The translations under genes were made by a program, and so were the position numbers. A stretch of 32,000 nucleotides of DNA from Methanobacteriaceae archaeon (GTDB taxonomy: Archaea > Methanobacteriota > Methanobacteria > Methanobacteriales > Methanobacteriaceae): assembly GCA_030016715.1 (NCBI GenBank), contig JASEJD010000002.1, positions 147,179 through 179,178 of the forward strand, given 5' to 3'. Below are positions 1 to 7,011 of the stretch, in pieces. The notes beneath the pieces are model-generated. The model worked only from the letters and a program-made list of their open reading frames with translations. It had not been told where the DNA came from and made no database searches. Numbering within the stretch: the stretch's first letter is position 1; every line of letters begins with the position of its first letter.

Positions 1-23
1 TGATAATAATATTTCATTAATAA

Positions 24-93
24 TTGTTTTATATCAAAAAAAGAGTTTTTAAACAACTTTTTTCATAAAATTAAACCACAATCTTTATATATA
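24..93 (+). promoter_or_regulatory. Conserved promoter cassette, copy 1 (TGTTTTATAT, A-run-GAG...T-run, AAAATTAAACCACAAT, TATA box TTTATATATA at 84..93)
   Basis: Nearly the same about 70-nt string recurs at 1378..1449. The 16-mer AAAATTAAACCACAAT is identical at 67..82 and 1423..1438. TTTATATA matches the methanogen TATA-box consensus. It lies about 124 nt upstream of the proposed start at 208. Confidence 0.6.
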
Positions 94-207
94 GTTTTAT
101 TATGATTCATTGATAGTTCAAAAGTAAGTCAAAAGCGTAAATAATAGAAAAATAAATATTCTATTTTTTTACATAAGTTCTTACTCTTGAATATTGGAGG
201 CGGTATA

Positions 208-876
208 ATTAAGCGACACTCGATATTTGCATTGCTATTTGCTTTAGGCATAGCAATGCTTGCTATTCCATCCTCTGTTGGGGTTATGGATAGTGTGAAT
301 AATCAAGAAAACGCAAAAATAGAATTAGATAATAAAGAAATACAACAAGTAAGTGCAGCAACTTATAAAAAAGTCTACTATAAAAAATACTATAAAAAAT
401 GGTATAAATCTGGAGGGCGCTGGAGATACTACTGGATGTCTTATTGGACCTACAAATATGTGAAAACTTCAAACAGTGTAAGTGCTACCAGAACTTCATC
501 TTCAACTACCTATAAGACTAGTTCTTCTAGTTCAGAATCTGTATCAACTGATGGTTTAAGTTCAACAGCTAGTTATATAAACCAGAATTTTAATCACCGT
601 TCAGGAGCTTCTACCACTGCAGCAGGTGTTCGGAGAACTGGTTATGGAGATTGCTGGGGATTAGCAGATTTAGCAGCACAGGAATTGAATAAAAAAGGAT
701 ACACAGTACGCGTAGTTCAAGGTGCAAGCAGAGGATCTCCTAGACATAGATGGGTACAGTATAAATCAGGTAGTAGTTGGAAAACCTTTGAATCGACCAT
801 GGTTACCAAAAGATATGGTTCCAAACATTATTCCTACGCCATAGCTACAGCAAGAACAATAATTAAATATTATTAA
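208..876 (+). CDS. Secreted paralog 1: signal peptide + Trp/Tyr/Lys/Arg-rich module + Ser/Thr linker + minimal transglutaminase-like (Cys-His-Glu) domain
   Basis: ORF track gives 187..876, but the TTG at 187 lies upstream of the SD GGAGG (196..200). I place the start at ATT 208 (GGAGGCGGT-ATA-ATT). The signal peptide is IKRH + SIFALLFALGIAMLAI + PSSVG. The module YKKVYYKKYYKKWYKSGGRWRYYWMSYWTYKYVK is at nt 364..465. The C-terminal GYGDCWGLADL (Cys codon 652..654), RHRWVQY and WKTFEST align without gaps to the canonical TGase core of the 2824..5172 protein. Confidence 0.85.
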   Translation: MKRHSIFALLFALGIAMLAIPSSVGVMDSVNNQENAKIELDNKEIQQVSAATYKKVYYKKYYKKWYKSGGRWRYYWMSYWTYKYVKTSNSVSATRTSSSTTYKTSSSSSESVSTDGLSSTASYINQNFNHRSGASTTAAGVRRTGYGDCWGLADLAAQELNKKGYTVRVVQGASRGSPRHRWVQYKSGSSWKTFESTMVTKRYGSKHYSYAIATARTIIKYY

Positions 877-1377
877 ATTGAATTTGGCCATTGTAATCAG
901 ATATTACCAAATATAATTTGCTAAATAAAAATCAGTGATTAACTAATTTTTAATTTTTTTTCTTAATTTCTTTAAGACTTTTAAAATGTATTAAAAATTA
1001 TTTTTAACTATTAAAATGTTATTTTTTAATCCTTTTAAAGGATTATAACACTTTTTTTGAATTAAAATTTGTTTTAATAAAATATATCCCTATAATAATT
1101 AATATATACATGAATCTATAATTTTATACAAGGCATTATTAGAATAGTACAATTTAAATTCTTTGATAAAGGTTTAAATTAATAAAATCAGCAATCATAT
1201 TCTTTTTTTTTGAATTTTAGGTTTATTTTAGAGAAATTTTTAATTAAAGATAGATCATTATCTTGAATCAGATATTAAATGATGATTCTAGTAAATATAA
1301 AAGGTTATAATTTTTCAATAGAGAAAATCAGCCATAATCTGCAGATTTTCTCATGATGATGATATAATCTCATTTTT

Positions 1378-1449
1378 AAATGTTTTATATTCTAAAAAGA
1401 GTTTTAAAACAGCCTTTTTTTCAAAATTAAACCACAATATTTATATATA
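1378..1449 (+). promoter_or_regulatory. Conserved promoter cassette, copy 2 (TATA box TTTATATATA at 1440..1449)
   Basis: Near-identical to 24..93. It lies about 140 nt upstream of the proposed ATT start at 1580. Confidence 0.6.
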
Positions 1450-1579
1450 ATCAGTTTATGATTAGAGTTATTGTTCGGAAATAGGACTTGAGAGAAATAA
1501 ATAAACCTGGAGAAAAAATTTATAAAGTAATTTACCAAGGTTTATTATTGGTCCTTGATTTGAATATGGAGGCGGTATA

Positions 1580-2284
1580 ATTAAGCGACACTCGATATTC
1601 GCATTACTATTTGCTTTCAGCATGGTAATGCTTTCAGTTCCATCTGCTATTGCAGGTATGGACATACAAAATGTAAATGAAAATAATGTTATTAAAGTAG
1701 AACAAAACAATATTCAAAAAGTTGATGCAGCGACTTATAGAAAAGTAGCTACAAAAAAATATTACAAAAAATGGTACAGATCTGGTGGAAAATGGAGATA
1801 CTTCTGGAAATCATACTGGACATATAAGTATGTAAAAACCAGTTCCAACAGTGTCAGTGCTACTAGCAGTTACAGTACAACTTCAAACACTTACCAGAAT
1901 GAAGACCAGAATGAAGATGATAAAGAAAAAGATTCTGGCGATTACTCAACAAGCACTAGTGGTTTGAATTCTGTAGCCAAATATATTAACAGAAACTATA
2001 ATCATCGTCCGGGTGCAGCTCACACTGCAGAGGGCGTACGCAGAACAGGTTATGGAGATTGCTGGGGATTAGCCGACCTGGCAGCTCGTGAATTAAATAA
2101 AAAAGGTTACAAAGTACGTGTAGTACAAGGTCCTAGCAGAGATTCATCAAGACATAGATGGGTACAATTTTTGGCTAATGGGAAATGGAATACCTTTGAA
2201 TCCACAATGGTTACTAAAAGATTTGGTTCCAGACACTATTCATACGCTATAGGAAAACTTAGAACAGTAATCAAGTATTACTAA
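1580..2284 (+). CDS. Secreted paralog 2: signal peptide + Trp/Tyr/Lys/Arg-rich module + acidic/Ser-rich linker + minimal transglutaminase-like domain
   Basis: ORF track gives 1622..2284, starting at the first ATG. The frame is open back to the TAA at 1523 and encodes IKRHSIFALLFAFS upstream of that ATG. That stretch is homologous to the paralog 1 signal peptide. The 32 nt at 1568..1599 are identical to 196..227. The module YRKVATKKYYKKWYRSGGKWRYFWKSYWTYKYVK is at nt 1736..1837. GYGDCWGLADL, RHRWVQF and WNTFEST are present. Confidence 0.85.
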   Translation: MKRHSIFALLFAFSMVMLSVPSAIAGMDIQNVNENNVIKVEQNNIQKVDAATYRKVATKKYYKKWYRSGGKWRYFWKSYWTYKYVKTSSNSVSATSSYSTTSNTYQNEDQNEDDKEKDSGDYSTSTSGLNSVAKYINRNYNHRPGAAHTAEGVRRTGYGDCWGLADLAARELNKKGYKVRVVQGPSRDSSRHRWVQFLANGKWNTFESTMVTKRFGSRHYSYAIGKLRTVIKYY

Positions 2285-2298
2285 GAATCGGGTATAAT

Positions 2299-2329
2299 AA
2301 GAGATAAATACTCTCTTACATTTTTTTTT
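2299..2329 (+). terminator. Hairpin plus T9 terminator after paralog 2
   Basis: AAGAGA (2299..2304) pairs with TCTCTT (2312..2317) around a 7-nt loop. A T9 run follows at 2321..2329, starting 15 nt after the stop codon. Confidence 0.5.
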
Positions 2330-2640
2330 ATTTGAATACTAAAACTATTTTTTATCTACTATCTAATTGAAAACTAAAATTTGTTCTAATTTTAATAATT
2401 TGAATTATGATGTGTTAATACATTATTTATGGTTCTTTTAAACTTTTAATATTCATATAAGCTTGTTTTTAATATTTATTGATTGATTAAAGATGATTTT
2501 GGATTTTAATTAACCATACTTATTCTAATTGTTATCATTATAACTATTTTTATAGAATGGGCTTTTCATTGGTTCTTATTCATAAAAATAAGCCATTATA
2601 GACATACTATTACTTTTTATAAATATTATTTCTTTAAATA

Positions 2641-2710
2641 ATGTTTTAATTCAATTAAAAGGTTCTAAGAGAGCTTTTTTTGGAAAAATAAATAGAAATA
2701 TTTATATATT
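2641..2710 (+). promoter_or_regulatory. Conserved promoter cassette, copy 3 (TATA box TTTATATATT at 2701..2710)
   Basis: Shares ATGTTTTAAT, the AAAAGG...GAGAGCTTTTTTT block and the TATA box with copies 1 and 2, but is more diverged. It lies about 123 nt upstream of the proposed ATT start at 2824. Confidence 0.5.
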
Positions 2711-2823
2711 ATCCTTTAATAGTTACATATGTTGTTCAAAAGTAGTAAAAAAGCCCAAAATTTGAAAATTTTTCAATAGGTTCAAGGGGTAATTTCTACA
2801 TTTTTGAACAAGGAGGCGGTAAA

Positions 2824-5172
2824 ATTACGCGAGAAAAAATTTTCGTGGCATTGATATTATTCAGCATTTTAGTTACATGTTCTATAGCTGATGTTAATGC
2901 TAGCGAAGACTATACTACTTTGGAAAATAGAACAAACCATATCAACGACTTCAAAGATTCAGAAGACAATCTCTCATTTAATACAACTATCTCAGAAGAA
3001 GATGAATTAGAAATACTAGAAGATACAAATAATGAAACAACTCTGAACAACAATAACCAACATGATACTTCATATGAATGCGAAGAATGCAATGATAACT
3101 GTTCCGATTATTATTTAGCAGCAGCAGGAGATACTTATGATAATGTCCAAGCTATTTGGATTCAAGCTGCTGATGTGGCAAAACTTAATGCAAATGAACT
3201 AATCAACATGGGCATAACCGACGTATTTGTTCTATGTAAAAGATTTTCAAGCCCTTATTACAGCGAAGTACTTCCACAAGTACTGGCTAAACTTCAAGGC
3301 ACAAATATTCGAGTTCATGCATGGGTTGTTTGCTTTAAAGATGCTTCTGGTAAATGGGTTGATCCTCAAAGCAGTGAAGGTACTCCTACTGTAACCCAAG
3401 TTTTAGTACCTTACTATGAAACGGTTAGAGTTCCAGTTAGAAAATCATATCAAACTACTGAAAAAGTATGGTACAAATCATGGTATAGAGCCGGACGTTA
3501 CAAACAATGGTACAAGACAAGATATAAGATATGGTATAGATCACGAGGACGCTGGTTATATCGTTGGGCAAATAGATGGCGTTACCGTTGGGCTTATAGA
3601 TGGAGATATACATGGAAATATTACAATAGAACCGTGACCAAATACTATACTGCCTATGAGAATCAACAACAGTTAAAATACAAATACGTGACACAAACAA
3701 CGCCCAGTGAACTGACCTACCAACAAGAAATCATTGATTACATCTCAAAACTAGTGAATGACTATGAGATCAATGGGGTGCATCTGGATTATGTTAGATA
3801 TTCTGGAGTCGGAGAGAATGCTGCTTACAAACATAACGGTGATGAAGTAATAACAAACTTTGTTAAAGACGTTTATAATTCAGTTAAATCAATTAAAGCC
3901 AAAGTCGCAGTTTCTGCAGCACTAATGCCGGAATGTGGAGTAAATGCTTATTATTATGGGCAGGATTATGAAAAATTAGCTCCTTATCTAGACTTCATGG
4001 TACCTATGATTTACAAAGGAAACTACAATAAAGATACAGCATGGATAGGAGCCACCACTCAGTATATTGTAAATAAAGCCAACGGAACTCCTGTTATTGC
4101 AGGATTACAAACCTATGTTTCTGATTCAAATATTCAACCAATTCCAGCCTCAGAACTGGAAGGTGATATTGAAGCAGCAATAAGCAATGGTTCCTCGGGT
4201 TATGCATTGTTTAGATACGGTTTAATCGTAAACAATAATTATTCCACTGAAACAGCTAGTGTAACTGTTCAACAAGTACTAACAGCATCCACTAATCTAA
4301 AAAACTATGTTATATCCAATAAAAAACTACCAAACACAATCCAAGTAGGAACATATACTATAAACACTGCACAATTCCTACAAATATTATTAAATACCGT
4401 TGTTCAATTAGATCAAGGCAAATTTGATCCAATACCAGTTAAAACAGTTGGAACAGCACCAAATCCAACGGGACAGAATATTTATGGAAACATAATGCTT
4501 TCAGAATACATTAACAATGCAAAAAATATTCTAAAATTCATCGAAACTAATGGAAGAGCACCAAACTATTCAATTACATCACTAGGAAACTTAAACTACG
4601 AATACTTAGTTTTCAGTTATGCAAAAATCTTAGACTTCTATAAAGTTAATAATCGACTACCAAATTACGCTATTATTCAAACATCCGACATGATATTGTC
4701 TAATCAACAATCTAGTATACCTGCAGAATTACAAGCATTTCTCATGCCAACAGCCAACTGCCAATCAAATAATTCAGTTATTATAAACCTTGCTAATCAA
4801 ATTACTAACGGCTTAACATCAGAATACGACAAAGCAAAGGCTTTATTTGAATGGGTTAGGGATAAATGTAGCTATACTTTCTACTACAATACTAAGTACG
4901 GTGCAGTAAATATGGCCACCAGGAGGAATGGAAACTGTATTGATCAAGCTCACCTATTAAATGCTTTAGCTAGATCATTAGGCATTCCTGCTAGGTATGC
5001 TCATGCACAATGTGAGTTTACTACTATGACGGTTGGACATATTTGGTCGGAACTGTATGTTAATGGACAGTGGATAACTGCGGATCCTACAAGTTCTAGA
5101 AACACCTTTGGAACACAAAACAACTGTAAGATATTATACTGGAAGGGACGATACGCCGAATTACCTTTCTAA
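2824..5172 (+). CDS. Large secreted multidomain paralog 3: signal peptide, acidic Asn-rich region, GH-like TIM barrel (GHL10/DUF4015-like) interrupted by a Trp/Tyr/Arg array, 2 pseudomurein-binding repeats, C-terminal transglutaminase-like Cys-His-Asp core
   Basis: ORF track gives 2845..5172 with a GTG start. The conserved GGAGGCGGT-AAA-ATT block places a candidate start at 2824.
- GH-like cues: VHAWVVCF, GVHLDYVRY and FMVPMIYKGNY.
- PMBR-like segments lie at about 4261..4410 (LKNYVISNKKLPNTIQVGTYTINTAQFLQIL) and about 4495..4680 (AKNILKFIETNGRAPNY...FYKVNNRLPNY).
- TGase core: NGNCIDQAHLLNALARSLGIPARY (Cys codon 4936..4938) and GHIWSELYVNGQWITADPT. Confidence 0.9.
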   Translation: MTREKIFVALILFSILVTCSIADVNASEDYTTLENRTNHINDFKDSEDNLSFNTTISEEDELEILEDTNNETTLNNNNQHDTSYECEECNDNCSDYYLAAAGDTYDNVQAIWIQAADVAKLNANELINMGITDVFVLCKRFSSPYYSEVLPQVLAKLQGTNIRVHAWVVCFKDASGKWVDPQSSEGTPTVTQVLVPYYETVRVPVRKSYQTTEKVWYKSWYRAGRYKQWYKTRYKIWYRSRGRWLYRWANRWRYRWAYRWRYTWKYYNRTVTKYYTAYENQQQLKYKYVTQTTPSELTYQQEIIDYISKLVNDYEINGVHLDYVRYSGVGENAAYKHNGDEVITNFVKDVYNSVKSIKAKVAVSAALMPECGVNAYYYGQDYEKLAPYLDFMVPMIYKGNYNKDTAWIGATTQYIVNKANGTPVIAGLQTYVSDSNIQPIPASELEGDIEAAISNGSSGYALFRYGLIVNNNYSTETASVTVQQVLTASTNLKNYVISNKKLPNTIQVGTYTINTAQFLQILLNTVVQLDQGKFDPIPVKTVGTAPNPTGQNIYGNIMLSEYINNAKNILKFIETNGRAPNYSITSLGNLNYEYLVFSYAKILDFYKVNNRLPNYAIIQTSDMILSNQQSSIPAELQAFLMPTANCQSNNSVIINLANQITNGLTSEYDKAKALFEWVRDKCSYTFYYNTKYGAVNMATRRNGNCIDQAHLLNALARSLGIPARYAHAQCEFTTMTVGHIWSELYVNGQWITADPTSSRNTFGTQNNCKILYWKGRYAELPF
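3553..3624 (+). repeat. Six tandem tetrapeptide units with Trp every 4th residue (WLYR WANR WRYR WAYR WRYT WKYY), coding repeat inside paralog 3
   Basis: Direct reading of codons 3553..3624 shows TGG at 3553, 3565, 3577, 3589, 3601 and 3613. This is part of a wider aromatic/basic insert at 3469..3690. Confidence 0.9.
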
Positions 5173-5357
5173 AATTTTTTCTTTTTTATTTTTTCTCAAG
5201 CAAGAATTTTTAATATATTAAGCAGTCATTTAAATTTTAAAGTAATTAAAAAAAATATTAATTATAACTTATAAGTGTTACAGTTATAACTTATCAGTAA
5301 ATTACATAAAAAAAACTTGAAACAAGATTTATTGAATAAGAATATTTTTAAGGATAA

Positions 5358-6479
5358 TTAATATAACTTCTTTTGGTAGGAACCATCGAATTTTACAAAG
5401 GTTTCGGCCCTTTTAATTACCACTCCTAATTTTTTAAGATCCTCTAATTTTTTAAAAATGAATCCTCCTCTTTTCCGGGAAATTATTCTCTGGGCAGATA
5501 TTTTCCCGATCCCCGGGACACGTATGAGCTCTTTAAAAGATGCTGAGTTAATTTCAACTGGAAAATCTTCAGGATTATTGAGGGCCATTATGTATTTAGG
5601 ATCTTCATCCAGTTCCAAGTTTCCATCCTCATTGAATATTATTTCATCTAATTCAAAGCCATAATAATTAAGTAATGAATCCGCCTGATAAAGTCTAGGA
5701 GATCTTTTAGGATGCGGCTTAGATCGAGATTCTAGAGGTGTTTCTTTTAATGGTTGGAATTGACTAAAATAACTTCTTTTGGTTCCGAAATTATTAGAAA
5801 GCCATTGAACTCTTCTTAAAATTTCTTCATCAGATTCATTATTTGCACCCACAATAAACTGAGTGGTTTGTCCTGAAGGTGCAAATCCTGGATTCTTTTT
5901 AGATATTCTTTTTATCCATTTCATTCTCCTTAAAATATCAATATTATAATCTTTTGTAGATGTCAATTCTTGAAATCCGTCTGCAGTGGCTGCTTCAATA
6001 TTTATACTCACTCTATTTGACAGACTCATCGCCCTTTTGATCATATCATAAGAGGAACCTGGAAGGATTTTAAGATGGATATATCCCTTATATCCATGAT
6101 TCACTCTCAATAATCGGGTTACTTCAATCATTCTCTCCATAGTACTATCAATATTTCTGCAAACACCAGAACTTAAAAAAAGACCATCCACCAATTTATT
6201 ATGATAATAATCCAAAAATATATTTGTAAGTTCTAAAGGAGAATATTCAACTCGAGAAAATTTTCTTTTACTATGATTCACACAATATTTACAGTCATTG
6301 TTACATTTATTGCTCATTAAAACTTTAAAAAGAGGTATTGAACATCCACTGGAAGAAGTGGCATAATATATTCCTGGAATCTCACTATTTTTCAAACTCT
6401 CTACACTAGGTGTTACATAGTTACATAGATCGTATTGTGCTGAATCACTTAAAATTTTTAATTTATTCCTACTATTCAT
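5358..6479 (-). CDS. Radical SAM protein with C-terminal helix-hairpin-helix (putative DNA modification/repair radical SAM family, TIGR03916-like)
   Basis: The CX3CX2C motif is CNNDCKYC. The N-terminal LSDSAQYDLC...SSSGCS is typical of that family as I recall it. The C-terminal LIRVPGIGKISAQRII is an HhH motif. No SPASM-type Cys cluster is present. Confidence 0.75.
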   Translation of the reverse strand: MNSRNKLKILSDSAQYDLCNYVTPSVESLKNSEIPGIYYATSSSGCSIPLFKVLMSNKCNNDCKYCVNHSKRKFSRVEYSPLELTNIFLDYYHNKLVDGLFLSSGVCRNIDSTMERMIEVTRLLRVNHGYKGYIHLKILPGSSYDMIKRAMSLSNRVSINIEAATADGFQELTSTKDYNIDILRRMKWIKRISKKNPGFAPSGQTTQFIVGANNESDEEILRRVQWLSNNFGTKRSYFSQFQPLKETPLESRSKPHPKRSPRLYQADSLLNYYGFELDEIIFNEDGNLELDEDPKYIMALNNPEDFPVEINSASFKELIRVPGIGKISAQRIISRKRGGFIFKKLEDLKKLGVVIKRAETFVKFDGSYQKKLY

Positions 6480-6884
6480 CAGTTATTATTTATTTTTTTT
6501 AATAATAATTATTTTATGTTTATCTTTAATGACAATCATATCCCCCTCTTACTAATAATCGACATTTTTGAATTTATATTACTATTAATAAACTTTACAT
6601 GCTTTTTAATTAGTGAAAATGATTAAATACCTCTGAAATTATTCAAACATAGTTTACTCCTTAACATGTAAAAAAACCAAATATAATGGAACATATTAAT
6701 TATATTCTAATTGCCTTTTTATAGAATATTCTATTTTTAAAAGTCTAGATTAAGTAAATAATGAATTAAAAAGCTTTATTAAGTAAAAATCGTCTTAATC
6801 CATAACTTGATTATTGAAATTCATTATGAAGAATATAATGGACTTAACTTTCTTTTATAAAACATATTAAACAGTTTAAACTTA

Positions 6885-6950
6885 AAAATAAGCTATATCA
6901 AGGCTTTTTTTTGAAAATAAAATAAAAAGATTTAAATAAGATTTATAAAT
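6885..6950 (+). promoter_or_regulatory. Promoter cassette, copy 4 (diverged; TATA-like ATTTATAAAT at 6941..6950)
   Basis: AAAAATAAGCTATATCAAGGCTTTTTTTT resembles the A-run/T-run element of copies 1-3. The TATA-like box lies about 70 nt upstream of the ATT at 7012, so the leader is shorter than in copies 1-3. Confidence 0.4.
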
Positions 6951-7011
6951 TACAATTAATAGTCTAAAAACTACCAATTAAATTTTTAAAGCAAGATTTG
7001 GAGGCGGTAGA

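Noticed and set aside
187-207. TTG at 187 as the start of paralog 1
   Set aside because: It lies upstream of the SD GGAGG (196..200), so the SD would be inside the coding region. The equivalent TTG in paralog 2 is out of frame because of a 1-nt indel, and paralogs 3 and 4 have no counterpart.
397-426. Similarity of KWYKSGGRW to the Gram-positive KxYKxGKxW signal-peptide motif
   Set aside because: The match is partial (Gly instead of Lys at position 7). The motif here lies about 40 residues after the predicted signal-peptide cleavage region, not inside an N-terminal signal. The host is an archaeon. I treat it as coincidental or compositional.
3416-3700. ORFs 3416..3637 (+) and 3455..3700 (-) overlapping the Trp/Tyr/Arg array
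   Set aside because: They are by-products of the stop-poor TGG/TAT/AGA/CGT codon repeat in the real frame of paralog 3. The real frame is continuous with flanking recognisable domains.
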